Source: Squalus acanthias
Taxonomy: Eukaryota
Assembly: GCA_030390025.1 (NCBI GenBank)
Contig: JASTWF010000322.1
Coordinates: 496,001 to 552,988, forward strand
Reading direction: 5' to 3'
Length of the DNA: 56,988 bases
Below are positions 29,643 to 42,200 of this stretch, in pieces. Position 1 is the stretch's first letter; each line of letters opens with the position of its first letter. A model generated the notes under the pieces. It searched no databases and was not told the origin of the DNA. It saw only the letters and a list, made by a program, of their open reading frames with translations. A program made the translations under genes and the position numbers.

Positions 29643-31275
29643 TGTAGAATTCGCAATTATCGCGATTTCATTTTAATAAGGAGAAAACACAAAGTTTCGT
29701 TCAAAACAGCTTTTATTTCAGCGGAATGCTGTCAGGTTTAAATTGGACACAAGCAGCCTGTAAAATGGCCGCCGCACCTCGTGACAGAACATTCTAGACT
29801 TTTCAACAGGCAGACAAGATGGCGTTCCAATAAACATTTTTGCAGGATCGATAACGATTCAGCACAGTGAAGACAATACACAGGACATTATGGGTTTACA
29901 GTATAAACATCGATACTGGAATCGGTCTCCCAGGTACAAAGGAAAGCCATCAAGGGCCCATCCAAAGGACATTAGTATGTAAACTCCCAACGGCTCTACG
30001 ATGAGAGAGCCGTTAGCAGGTAGTTATACAGGACACTTGGAAGCCCCAAACCCCTCCAGGGGGAACACCGACCGATTTAACAATGGGAGAAATATTAACA
30101 GGTACTCAAACATTCAGGAGTAGCCCCGAAACCCATTAAGGACAGAGATCACCCATACAGGACATTTTGGGCGCCAAACCGTTAAACAAAAGAATGGACA
30201 TTGTAGTTGGGCGGGAAACGGAAGAACTGTGCACTATAATTGCAGGCCCAAACCGTCCATTCGCTCTCTTGCTCTTGGCTCTTGCCTCGTGTTCTTGACT
30301 CTTGCCGCTTGTTGCTGTTATCATCGTGGCTGCTCCTGTGTTTTATCCGGTCGATTCGTAACCTCGTGGCTGCTCCTGTGTAAAAGACTGTTGCAAAGAC
30401 CTATGTTGGTAGCGGGCAGCGGAACCAAAGGCCCGAGATGAGATGAGATGAGATGAGAGGAGAAGAGAAGAAGACCTTATCCATCGCCACGGTCAGTAAA
30501 TCCCGACCGCGCCTGTAGGTCGATCAGCCAAGTCTTCTCGACAGGAAGTTTTCTTCGTTAAACTTTTAACAAGACATATTGCATCAATGATAACTGGACT
30601 GTGCAAACACATCGTATCAGCGATATTGACAACGGTGCTCCACCATACCTTGTATCCAACCAACAGAGGTCTTCACTACAGCGGACGGTCCAGCCGACTG
30701 ACCGAGCAGCAGAAGCAGTAAACAAGTGGGACCAGGAGATCTCCTGACCAACACGTGGGTGCTGCGGTGAAAAACATCCGATCAGCTATTCGGGATTTCT
30801 CCGAGTTATTACGAGTGGTGAGCATGAGTCTCGAGGTCCTACGAAGCTAGTTTAGGATAGACATTGATAGGGGAGGGTTTAAAGTTTAAGGATATTTGTA
30901 ATGTGTGCCCTATTTACGTTGTGCTGGTCGTTCCTCGTTTCCCTAAGAGTGATTATAACCGTTTGTAAGATTGTACTGTCATTAATCTGTGCATATGACA
31001 TGTATTTCATAATTTTAAGTATCATGCAATAAAGATTTTCCATTTCGTACCGTTCAAACCAAGTCTACATGAGTTTTATCTCCATTACTGCTCTCGCATC
31101 TAAGTCCAGTGTCTAGAACCGTAAGGGAGAGTGATTCGAACCACTCACAGGGGTGTCTAGTGTTCCCAGACTGGCTGGAGACCAGGCCTAGACCCGCACT
31201 GACATACAGGCTGCACAGAGCCGCGTGAATCTCACAGGCTACGAGACACGCAGGGTCAGGAGAGTATCCCTTACA
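29643..31275 (+). repeat. 3' LTR (1633 bp)
   Basis: Same length as the 5' LTR; followed by TSD GAAT; AATAAA at 31028. Confidence 0.96.
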
Positions 31276-31367
31276 GAATCATTGGTGCCTTGGCCGGCTT
31301 AGGGGTTGCGTGTTGGGTTCATTCATGCTGTTCTCAATGGCAGAAGCCATTTCCACAACAGGGGCCC

Positions 31368-32528
31368 CTAGAAGCGGCTTGCTATCAGCCGCTGACGGAC
31401 GGCCCTTGCAGTTTCACCATTGTGGGCCGCCCTCACGCCTTGGTGCTGCTGCTGATCATCCTCCTCGTCCTCTTCCTCCTCTTCCTCCTCCTCCTCTGGT
31501 GGTGTTCCAAGGCCTGGTGGCATTGGCTGGGTCCTGAGGATTGCCATGTTATGCAGCATGCAGCACACAACTACGATGTTGGAAACTCGCTCAGGCGAGT
31601 ACTGCAGGGCTCCTCCAGAATGGTCGAGACAGCGGAACCGTTGCTTGAGCACGCCGATTGTGTGCTCCACGATGTTCCTGGTAGCTTGATGGCTCTCGTT
31701 GTACCGCAGCTCAGCAGGGGTGTTGGGCGTACGGAGCGGTGTCATCAGCCACGTGCTCAGTGGATACCCCTTGTCCCCGAGAAGCCAACCAACTGGCTGA
31801 TGCGGTGCCTCGAAAAGTTCTGCCACAGTAGTCTGGCGCAGGATGAAAGCATCGTGGCAGCTGCCAGGATAGTGGGCATTGACAGCGAGTATCAGCTGTC
31901 TGTGGTCACAGACCAACTGAACATTCAAGGAATGGAACCCCTTTCTGTTCCGGAAATCCTCGGCATTCTCATGCGGAGCACGCAAAGCCACATGCGTGCA
32001 GTCAATGGCGCCCTGCACCATGGGGAAGCCCGCTATCCTCGCAAAGCCCAGAGCGCGGTCACGCTGCTTGTCTGGGGTCATGGGGAAAGAGATGAACTCT
32101 CGTCTCCTTTTAAAGAGGGCATTTGTGACCTTCCGGATGCAGCAATGCACCGCGAACTGGGAGATATTGGCGATGTCCCCAACAGCAGATTGAAATGAGC
32201 CAGTAGCATAAAAGTTCAGAGCCACTGTGACCTTCACTGCCACCGACAGAGACGTCCTGGACCTCAGTTGAGGCTGCAGATCTGGCTGCAGCAGGTGGCA
32301 GAGCTCAGTGACCACCTCCTTGCTGAAGCGCAGCCTTCGCAGACACTGCTCCTCAGACATATGAATGTAGGAGAGCTGTTCACGATATACCCTGGGAGGG
32401 TAAGCTCTCCTGTACAGACGCCTGTTGGCCCTCCTCCGTCTGGCCATCATTGCCACTCTCTCTCTGCGTCTCTGTCTCCTCCGATTCAGCTGGCGCAGGA
32501 CGACGCCCCCCATCAGTGCAGCCCCCAT
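31368..32528 (-). CDS. Harbinger DDE transposase (HARBI1-like, 386 aa from the first ATG), intact
   Basis: GAIDCTHV, RNRKGFHSLNVQLVCD, PGSCHDAFIL, LLGDKGYP, YNESHQATRNIVEHTIGVLKQRFRCL, CCMLHN; no stops. Confidence 0.95.
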   Translation of the reverse strand: MGAALMGGVVLRQLNRRRQRRRERVAMMARRRRANRRLYRRAYPPRVYREQLSYIHMSEEQCLRRLRFSKEVVTELCHLLQPDLQPQLRSRTSLSVAVKVTVALNFYATGSFQSAVGDIANISQFAVHCCIRKVTNALFKRRREFISFPMTPDKQRDRALGFARIAGFPMVQGAIDCTHVALRAPHENAEDFRNRKGFHSLNVQLVCDHRQLILAVNAHYPGSCHDAFILRQTTVAELFEAPHQPVGWLLGDKGYPLSTWLMTPLRTPNTPAELRYNESHQATRNIVEHTIGVLKQRFRCLDHSGGALQYSPERVSNIVVVCCMLHNMAILRTQPMPPGLGTPPEEEEEEEEEDEEDDQQQHQGVRAAHNGETARAVRQRLIASRF

Positions 32529-33354
32529 ATCTCTTAGCAAGCAAAGTTATGAAGGCCAGAAACCAAAGTACCAGCGAAGTTAGGATGAGTAGCCAAAACT
32601 ACCTCACACAGCGTTGACTCAATGCAGAAGTCTCTCTTTCTCTCTCTCCGAATCTCTCTCTCTCTCTCAGAACGAGTGGTGCAAAAATGTCAACCACAGA
32701 GAAAGACAGGAAGAGGCCCCCTTTAAATAGCGCCCCCCCCAGCCCCACAGCGATTGTTAGCGTTCCACTCTACCGGTCGTTGGATGCGCCAGGCGGTAAG
32801 GATGGGGGCGCCACTGAAATTCTGCTCCGGGGCGCCACAAGGGCGTTGCACTCTCGTATGACGTCACAATCTGCACGCGCAGGAGATCGCGGCGATAAAG
32901 TTTAGCGCCGCCGCAAAATGTCTAGTTAAGTTCGCAAGCGGCGCAAACATCGCTGCGCCCGGGCGCTAGCTGCTTTGCGCCCCATTAGCGCCCTCTTAAG
33001 GCGCTAACGGGTGGCGCAACCAACTGACTGGGGCGGGCTGGGGTCGTGTCATCCACTTTTCGTGTTATCCACCCGACTGCAATTGGATGTGGGAGATTGA
33101 TGCAATTTTCACCTAATTGGGCAATTGAGTTCCAGCATGTGGGAACCCATGACCCAATGAGTGTTTTCAGTCTGAAAGTCGCCTCTGATGATGTCATCAT
33201 TGCTGCTGCATTGAAGGTCTTCAGAGACTGCCTGGCCTTTGCTGTGAGAGGACCTGGCAAAATATGAGAGAGAGAGAGAGAGAGAATGAGAATTTTTTTT
33301 GCCAGCCAGCCCCAGTCACTGATAGTCAGCCCAGCCACTGATAGTCAGCTATCC

Positions 33355-33659
33355 CAATGTGCTCCCGCCAGGTTTCACAATCGTGGTTCAGAACAGGCGC
33401 GCTTCACGTAGAACAAGGGTTAAAATCACAAAGGCCTTTCAAAATGGCATTATAGAGCCAATTTAGTGCTTGTTAAGGGCCTTAACAGCCTATCTCGCCT
33501 CTTAGAGTCGGGACGGAGTCGGGACCAGCAGACACGATTTCATGAAAATTGCGTGGAGGCGGGATGGAGGCGGGCTTCTGCCCGCCCCACCAGTTTTCAC
33601 AATTTTAACCCCCCACACGCCTCCAAACCCCCCTCCACGGGTCAATGAAAATCCAGCCC
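33355..33659. mobile_element. Probable end of another Harbinger-type MITE
   Basis: Ends in GAAAATCCAGCCC (rc GGGCTGGATTTTC), a TIR-like tip, with GC-rich cccgcc subterminal motifs. No partner TIR seen. Confidence 0.35.
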
Positions 33660-33755
33660 TGTCGGTGCCGCATTGGACTCATCAGTCACCTGCGAACTCA
33701 TTTTTAAAGTGGAAGCAAGTCACCCTCGGTTCCGAGGGACTGCCTAAGAAGAAGG
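33660..33755 (+). mobile_element. RTE LINE 3' end
   Basis: ggactcatcagtcacctgcgaactcattttt...gggactgcctaagaagaag, as at 13375-13459. Confidence 0.8.
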
Positions 33756-34087
33756 GATACGCAAATCCTCTTGTAATAAAGGCCAACATACCATTTGCTT
33801 TCCTAATTGCTTGTTGTACCCGCATGTTCACTTAAGCAGAGAATTGAAGTGACAGGCGACCGCAAGCTCGGGGTCACGCCGAAGGACATACTTGCCTTAG
33901 AGGCGGTGCAACGGAGGTTCACGAGACTGATCCCTGGGGTGAAAGGGTTGTCCTATGAGGAGAGATTGAGTAGAATGGGCCGATACTCTCTGGAGTTTAG
34001 ATGTGGAGATGCCGGTGTTGGACTGGGGTGGACAAATGTGAGAAGTCGCACAACACCAGGTTATAGTCCAACCGCTTTATTTGAAAT

Positions 34088-34122
34088 CACAAGCTTTCGG
34101 AGCGCTGCTCCTTCATCAGGTG
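34088..34122 (-). ncRNA. Minimal type-I hammerhead ribozyme (inverted copy)
   Basis: Reverse complement reads CAC-CTGATGA-A-GGAGCAGCGCTCC-GAAA-GC-TT-GTG. Confidence 0.8.
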
Positions 34123-34728
34123 AAGTGAAGAGATGCATATAGGCACAGCATATATAGTCAGAGAACACTGCCAGGTGACTACAGTTAATCTTTCTAACTG
34201 CCCTTTATCACACCTCGGCAGAGAGATAATCACGGCAATCAAAGGTGTGGATGGTGTCCAAACAGGTCAGTCAGGAAAACATGACATCAAAGACAATGAG
34301 GTGGGGTCACGAGGGGTCAATGTGGCAGATGCTGGGGTCTGGATGGAAAACAAAAAACTTTTTTTGCTGGAAATCACAGCAGGTCCGGCCGCATCTGTGT
34401 AGAGAGAACAAGCCAACGACGACTCGAGTCTGGATGACTCTACGTCAGGAGGGGTTACATGTAGCGTGACATGAACCCAAGATCCCGGTCGAGGCCGTCC
34501 TCATGGGTGCGTAACTTGGCTATCAGTTTCTGCTCGACGATTTTGCGTTGTCGTGTGTCTCGAAGGCCGCCTTTTCCTGACTGACCTGTTTGGACACCGT
34601 CCACACCTGTGATTGCCGAGATTATCTCTCTGCCGAGGTGTGATAAAGGGCAGTTAGAAAGATTAACTGTAGTCACCTGGCAGTGTTCTCTGACTATATA
34701 TGCTGTGCCTATATGCATCTCTTCACTT

Positions 34729-34763
34729 CACCTGACGAAGGAGCAGCGCTCCGAAAGCTTGTG
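34729..34763 (+). ncRNA. Minimal type-I hammerhead ribozyme
   Basis: CAC-CTGACGA-A-GGAGC(AGC)GCTCC-GAAA-GC-TT-GTG: intact core, stem II, palindromic minimal stem III, stem I CAC/GTG. Confidence 0.8.
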
Positions 34764-35024
34764 ATTTCAAATAAAGCTGTTGGACTATAACCTGGTGTTG
34801 TGCGACTTCTCACATTTCTCCGGAGTTTAGAAGAATGAGAGGTGATCGCATTGAAACATACAAGATTCTGAGGGGGATTGACAGGGTAGATGCTGAGAGG
34901 TTGTTTCCCCACTGGCTGGAGAGTCTAGAACCAGGGGTCACAGTCTCAGGATAAGGGGCCGGCCATTTAGGACTGGGATGAGGAGGAGGAGTAGGTCATT
35001 GGGTCCCTTGAGCCTGCAATAAGG

Positions 35025-35970
35025 TCATGTAATGTAGCCAAGTTTGCGGATGATACAAAGATGGGTGGGAAAGCAAGTTGTGCAGAGGACTCAAAGAATC
35101 TGCAAAGGGATATCGACAGGCTAGGTGAGTGGGCGAACATTTGGCAGATGGAGTATAATGTGGGAAAGTGCGAGGTTATACACTTTGGCAGGAAAAATAA
35201 AAAAGCAAACTATTATTTAAATGGAGAGAGATTACAAAATGCTACAGTTCAGAGGGACCTGGGGGTCCTTGTGCATGAAACACAAAAAGTTAGCATGCAG
35301 GTACAGCAAGTAATCAAAAAGGCAAATGGAATGTTGGTCTTTATTGCAAGGGGGTTGGAGTATAAAAGCAGGGAAGTCCTGCTACAACTGTACAGGGTGT
35401 TGGTGAGGCCACACCTGGAGTACTGTGTACAGTTTTGGTCTCCTTATTTAAGGAAGGATATACTTGCATTGGAGGCAGTTCAGAGACGATTCACTCGGTT
35501 AATTCCAGTGATGAGGGGGTTGACCAATGAAGAAAGGTTGAGCAGGTTGGGCCTATACTCATTGGAATTTAGAAGAATGAGAGGTGATCTCATTGAAACG
35601 TATAAGATACTGAGGGCGCCTCGACAAGGTAGATGCAGAGAGGATGTTTCCCCTCGTGGGGAAATCTAGAACTCAGGGGTCACAGTCTCAGGATAAGGGG
35701 TCGGCCATTTAGGACTGAGATAAGGAGGAATTTCTTCACTCAGAGGGCGGTGAATCTTTGGAATTCTCTGCCCCAGAGGGCTGTGGAGGCTCAGTCGTTG
35801 AGTATATTCAAGGCTGAGATCGATAGATTTTTGGACTCTAGGGGAATCGAAGGGATATGGAGATCGGGCGGGAAAGTGGAGTTGAGGTCGAAGATCAGCC
35901 ACGATCTGATTGAATGGCGGAGCAGCTCGAGGGGCCCAATGGCCGACTCCTGCTGATATTTCTCATGTTC
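35025..35970 (+). mobile_element. CR1 LINE 3' ~950 bp (RT end to 3' UTR), frameshifted
   Basis: AKFADDTK...WQMEYNVGKC...QRDLGVLVH...LVRPHLEYCVQFWSP...LWNSLP. Confidence 0.9.
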
Positions 35971-36291
35971 TTCTGTAATAAAGTTGAACGAGAATAGGAC
36001 AGGGCTCAAGGTCGTGGAGCTGCAAGTAGTTAGGTTATTTTCCTGTTAATCATTACTCGATCGCAACGCCAGCCTCACTCTTAATCACTTTGTGCAACGA
36101 GATATTCATCTCAAGGTCGGTCCCAATAAAGGTCTTTTGAACCATTCGATCTCGTTCTTCCAGAACGCCAGCCCAGCCCACGCCCCGTTTCAATAAACAG
36201 CCCATGAGGTACAGCACTTCCTCCTAACCCAGCAGAACAGTTTGCAGCACAGAAAGCTGCCATTCGGCCCTTTGGGTCTGTGGTGGCTCCT

Positions 36292-39200
36292 CATAGCCCT
36301 GTATCAATCCCCAAAATAACCCCGCTACCCCGCTCTCTCCCCATAGCCCTGTATCAATCCCCAAACTAATCCCACTGCCCCGCTCTCTCCCCATAGCCCT
36401 GTATCAATCCCCAAAATAACCCCGCTACCCCGCTCTCTCCCCATAGCCCTGTATCAATCCCCAAACTAATCCCACTGCCCCGCTCTCTCCTCATAGCCCT
36501 GTATCAATCCCCAAACTAATCCCACTGCCCCGCTCTCTCCCCATAGCCCTGTATCAATCCCCAAACTAATTCCACTGCCCCGCTCTCGCCCCATAGCCCT
36601 GTATCAATCCCCAAACTAATCCCACTGCCCCGCTCTCTCCTCATAGCCCTGTATCAATCCCCAAACTAATCCCACTGCCCCGCTCTCTCCCCATAGCCCT
36701 GTATCAATCCCCAAACTAATCCCACTGCCCCGCTCTCTCCCCATAGCCCTGTATCAACCCCGAAATAATCCCACTGCCCCGCTCTCTCCCCATAGCCCTG
36801 TATCAATCCCCAAACTAATTCCACTGCCCCGCTCTCTCCCCATAGCCCTGTATCAACACCGAAATAATCCCACTGCCCCGCTCTCTCCCCATAGCCCTGT
36901 ATCAACCCCGAAATAATCCCACTGCCCCGCTCTCTCCCCATAGCCCTGTATCAACCCCGAAATAATCCCACTGCCCCGCTCTCTCCCCATAGCCCTGTAT
37001 CAACCCCGAAATAATCCCACTGCCCCGCTCTCTCCTCATAGCCCTGTATCAACCCCGAAATAATCCCACTGCCCCGCTCTCTCCCCACAGCCCTGTATCA
37101 ATCCCCAAACTAATCCCACTGCCCCGCTCTCTCCTCATAGCCCTGTATCAATCCCCAAACTAATCCCACTGCCCCGCTCTCTCCCCATAGCCCTGTATCA
37201 ATCCCCAAACTAATCCCACTGCCCCGCTCTCTCCCCATAGCCCTGTATCAATCCCCAAACTAATCCCACTGACCCGCACTCTCCCCATAGCCCTGTATCA
37301 ATCCCAAACTAATCCCACTGCCCCGCTCTCTCCACATAGCCCTGTATCAATCCCAAACTAATCCCACTGCCCCGCTCTCTCCCCATAGCCCTGTATCAAT
37401 CTCCAAACTAATCCCACTGCCCCTCTCTCCCCATAGCCCTGTATCAATCTCCAAACTAATCCCACTGCCCCTCTCTCCCCATAGCCCTGTATCAATCCCC
37501 AAAATAATCCCACTACCCCACTCCCTCCCCATAGCCCTGTATCAATCCCCAAACTAATCCCACTGCCCCGCTCTCTCCCCATAGACCTGTATCAATCCCC
37601 AAACTAATCCCACTGCCCCGCTCTCTCCCCACAGCCCTGTATCAATCCCCAAACTAATCCCACTGCCCCGCTCTCTACACATAGCCCTGTATCAATCACC
37701 AAACAAATCCCACTGCCCCGCTCTCTCCCCAAAGCCCTGTATCAATCCCCAAACTAATCCCACTGCCCCGCTCTCTCCCCATAGCCCTGTATCAATCTCC
37801 AACCTAATCCCACTGCCCCGCTCTCCCCCCATAGCCCTGCATCAATCCCCAAACTAATCCCACTGCCCCGCTCTCCCCCATAGCCCTGTATCAATCCCCA
37901 AACTAATCTCACTGCCCCGCTCGCCCCCCATAGCCCTGTATCAATCCCCAAACTAATCCCACTGCCCCGCTCTCTCCTCATAGCCCTGTATCAATCCCCA
38001 AACTAATACCACTGCCCCGCTCTCTCCCCATAGCCCTGTATCAATCCCCAAACTTACCCCACTGCCCCGCTCTCTCCCCCATAGCCCTGTATCAATCCCC
38101 AAACTAATCCCACTGCCCCGCTCTCTCCCCATAGCCCTGTATCAATCCCCAAACTTATCCCACTGCCACGATCTCTCCCCATAGCCCTGTATCAATCCCC
38201 AAACTAATCCCACTGCCACGCTCTCTCCCCATAGCCCTGTATCAATCCCCAAACTAATCCCACTGCCCCGCTCTCTCCCCATAGCCCTGTATCAACCCCA
38301 AACTAATCTCACTGCCCCGCTCTCTCCCCATAGCCCTGTATCAACCCCAAACTAATCTCACTGCCCCGCTCTCTCTCCATAGCCCTCTATCAATCCCCAA
38401 ACTAATCCCACTGCCCCGCTCTCTCCCCATAGACCTGTATCAATCCCCAAACTAATCCCACTGCCCCGCTCTCTCCCCATAGCCCTGTATCAATCCCCAA
38501 ACTAATCCCACTGCCCCGCTCTCTACACATAGCCCTGTATCAATCCCCAAACTAATCCCACTGCCCCGCTCTCTCCCCATAGCCCTGTATCAATCCCCAA
38601 ACTAATCCCACTGCCCCGCTCTCTCCCCATAGCCCTGTATCAATCTCCAACCTAATCCCACTGCCCCGCTCTCCCCCCATAGCCCTGCATCAATCCCCAA
38701 ACTAATCCCACTGCCCCGCTCTCTCCCCATAGCCCTGTATCAATCCCCAAACTAATCCCACTGCCCCGCTCTCTCCCCATAGCCCTGTATCAATCCCCAA
38801 ACTAATCCCACTGCCCCGCTCTCTCCTCATAGCCCTGTATCAATCCCCAAACTAATCCCACTGCCCCGCTCTCTCCCCATAGCCCTGTATCAATCCCCAA
38901 ACTAATCCCACTGCCCCGCTCTCTCCCCCATAGCCCTGTATCAATCCCCAAACTAATCCCACTGCCCCGCTCTCTCCCCATAGCCCTGTATCAATCCCCA
39001 AACTTATCCCACTGCCACGATCTCTCCCCATAGCCCTGTATCAATCCCCAAACTAATCCCACTGCCACGCTCTCTCCCCATAGCCCTGTATCAATCCCCA
39101 AACTAATCTCACTGCCCCGCTCTCTCCCCATAGCAATGTATCAATCCCCAAACTAATCCCACTGCCCCGCGCTCTCCCCATAGCCCTGTATCAATCCCCA

Positions 39201-42200
39201 AACTAATCCCACTGCCCCGCTCTCTCCCCATAGCCCTGTATCAATCCCCAAACTAATCTCACTGCCCCGCTCTCTCCCCATAGCCCTGTATCAATCCCCA
39301 AACTAATCCCACTGCCCCGCTCGCCCCCACAGCTCTGTATCAATCCCCAAACTAATCTCACTGCCCCGCTCGCCCCCATAGCCCTGTATCAACCCCAAAC
39401 TAATCTCACTGCCCCGCGCTCTCCCCATAGCCCTGTATCAACCCCAAACTAATCCCACTGCCCCGCGCTCTCCCCATAGCCCTGTATCAACCCCAAACTA
39501 ATCGAACTGTCCCGCTCTCCTCCATAGCCCTCTATCAATCCCCAAACTAATCCCACTGCCCCGCTCTCTCCCCATAGACCTGTATCAATCCCAAACTAAT
39601 CCCACTGCCCCGCTCTCTCCCCATAGCCCTGTATCAATCCCCAAACTAATCCCACTGCCCCGCTCACTCCCCATAGCCCTGTATCAATCCCAAACTAATC
39701 CCACTGCCCCGCTCTCTCCCCATAGCCCTGTATCAATCCCCAAACTAATCCCACTGCCCCGCTCTCTACCCATAGCCCTGTATCAATCCCCAAACTAATC
39801 CCACTGCCCCGCTCTCTCCCCATAGCCCTGTATCAATCCCCAAACTAATCCCACTGCCCCGCTCTCTCCCCATAGCCCTGTATCAATCCCAAACTAATCC
39901 CACTGCCCCGCTCTCTCCCCATAGCCCTGTATCAATCCCCAAACTAATCCCACTGCCCCGCTCTCTCCCCATAGCCCTGTATCAATCCCCAAACTAATCC
40001 CACTGCCCCGCTCTCTCCCCATAGCCCTGTATCAATCCCCAAACTAATCCCACTGCCCCGCTCTCTCCTCATAGCCCTGTATCAATCCCCAAACTAATCC
40101 CACTGCCCCGCTCTCTCCCCATAGCCCTGTATCAATCCCCAAACTAATCCCACTGCCCCGCTCTCTCCCCATAGCCCTGTATCAATCCCCAAACTAATCC
40201 CACTGCCCCGCTCTCTCCCCATAGCCCTGTATCAATCCCCAAACTTATCCCACTGCCACGATCTCTCCCCATAGCCCTGTATCAATCCCCAAACTAATCC
40301 CACTGCCACGCTCTCTCCCCATAGCCCTGTATCAATCCCCAAACTAATCTCACTGCCCCGCTCTCTCCCCATAGCACTGTATCAATCCCCAAACTAATCC
40401 CACTGCCCCGCTCTCTCCCCATAGCCCTGTATCAATCCCCAAACTAATCCCACTGCCCCGCTCTCTCCCCATAGCCCTGTATCAATCCCCAAACTAATCC
40501 ACTGCCCCGCTCTCTCCCCATAGCCCTGTATCAATCCCCAAACTAATCCCACTGCCCCGCTCTCTCCCCATAGCCCTGTATCAATCCCCAAACTAATCCA
40601 CTGCCCCGCTCTCTCCCCATAGCCCTGTATCAATCCCCAAACTAATCCCACTGCCCCGCTCTCTCCCCATAGCCCTGTATCAATCCCCAAACTAATCCCA
40701 CTGCCCCGCTCTCTCCCCATAGCCCTGTATCAATCCCCAAACTAATCCCACTGCCCGCTCTCTCCCCATAGCCCTGTATCAATCCCCAAACTAATCCCAC
40801 TGCCCCGCTCTCTCCCCATAGCCCTGTATCAATCCCCAAACTAATCCCACTGCCCCGCTCTCTCCCCATAGCCCTGTATCAATCCCCAAACTAATCCCAC
40901 TGCCCCGCTCTCTCCCCATAGCCCTGTATCAATCCCCAAACTAATCCCACTGCCCCGCTCTCTCCCCATAGCCCTGTATCAATCCTCAAACTAATCCCAC
41001 TGCCCCGCTCTCTCCCCATAGCCCTGTATCAATCCCCAAACTAATCTCACTGCCCCGCTCGCCCCCAGAGCCCTGTATCAATCCCCAAACTAATCCCACT
41101 GCCCCGATCTCTCCCCAAAGCCCTGTATCAATCCCCAAACTAATCCCACTGCCCCGCTCTCTCCCCATAGCCCTGTATCAATCCCAAACTAATCCCACTG
41201 CCCCGCTCTCTCCCCATAGCCCTGTATCAATCCCCAAACTAATCCCACTGCCCCGCTCGCCCCCATAGCCCTGTATCAATCCCGAAACTAATCACACTGC
41301 CCCGCTCTCTCCTCATAGCCCTGTATCAATCCCCAAACTAATCCCACTGCCCCGCTCTCTCCCCATAGCCCTGTATCAATCCCCAAACTAATCCCACTGC
41401 CCCGCTCTCTCCCCCATAGCCCTGTATCAATCCCCAAACTAATCCCACTGCCCCGCTCTCTCCCCATAGCCCTGTATCAATCCCCAAACTTATCCCACTG
41501 CCACGATCTCTCCCCATAGCCCTGTATCAATCCCCAAACTAATCCCACTGCCACGCTCTCTCCCCATAGCCCTGTATCAATCCCCAAACTAATCCCACTG
41601 CCCCGCTCTCTCCCCATAGCCCTGTATCAACCCCAAACTAATCCACTGCCCCGCTCTCTCCCCATAGCCCTGTATCAATCCCCAAACTAATCTCACTGCC
41701 CCGCTCTCTCTCCATAGCCCTGTATCAATACCCAAACTAATCCCACTGCCCTGCTCTCTCCCCAAAGCCCTGTATCAATCCCCAAACTAATCTCACTGCC
41801 CCACTCTCCCCATAGCCCTGTATCAATCCCCAAACTAATCTCACTGCCCCGCTCTCTCCCCATAGCCCTGTATCAACCCCAAACTAATCTCACTGCCCCG
41901 CTCTCTCTCCATAGCCCTGTATCAATCCCCAAACTAATCCCACTGCCCGCTCTCTCCCCATAAACTCTGTATCAATCCCCAAACTAATCCCACTGCCCCG
42001 CTCTCTCCCCATAGCCCTGTATCAATCCCCAAACTAATCTCACTGCCCCGCTCTCTCCCCATAGCAATGTATCAATCCCCAAACTAATCCCATTGCCCCG
42101 CGCTCTCCCCATAGCCCTTTATCAATCCCCAAACTAATCCCACTGCCCCGCTCTCTCCCCATAGCCCTGTATCAATCCCCAAACTAATCTCACTGCCCCG

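Larger units (their letters stand above)
18670..31275 (+). mobile_element. Full-length endogenous retrovirus, lokiretrovirus-like (LTR-gag-pol-env-LTR)
   Basis: TG...CA LTRs of 1633 bp each, 4-bp TSD GAAT (18666-69 / 31276-79), PBS, PPT, and uninterrupted gag, pol and env. Confidence 0.95.
16078..33027 (+). mobile_element. Autonomous-type PIF/Harbinger DNA transposon (~4.3 kb without the nested provirus); right TIR truncated
   Basis: Left TIR GGGGGAAAAATTCAGT; convergent Myb/SANT and DDE transposase genes; right subterminal sequence matches the MITE end but stops at ...caaccaactga (33027), about 11 nt short of the TIR tip. Confidence 0.9.
34001..34817. mobile_element. Penelope-like element fragment with inverted terminal repeats, inserted in CR1
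   Basis: ~245-bp inverted repeat (34034-34279 vs 34572-34816); minus-strand GIY-YIG C-terminus RQRKIVEQKLIAKLRTHEDGLDRDLGFMSRYM*; flanked by duplicated ctc(t/c)ggagtttag. Confidence 0.85.

Noticed and set aside
31290..32198. 302-aa plus-strand ORF
   Set aside because: Antisense shadow of the transposase; no recognisable motifs.
31368..32528. Domesticated host HARBI1/NAIF1 genes
   Set aside because: Both genes lie within TIR/subterminal-bounded sequence inserted in a CR1 and have a MITE relative, so they belong to a transposon.
33030..33300. Possible minus-strand exon after a (CT)n-TTTTGCCAG acceptor
   Set aside because: No recognisable product; probably the interior of a decayed MITE ending at 33659.
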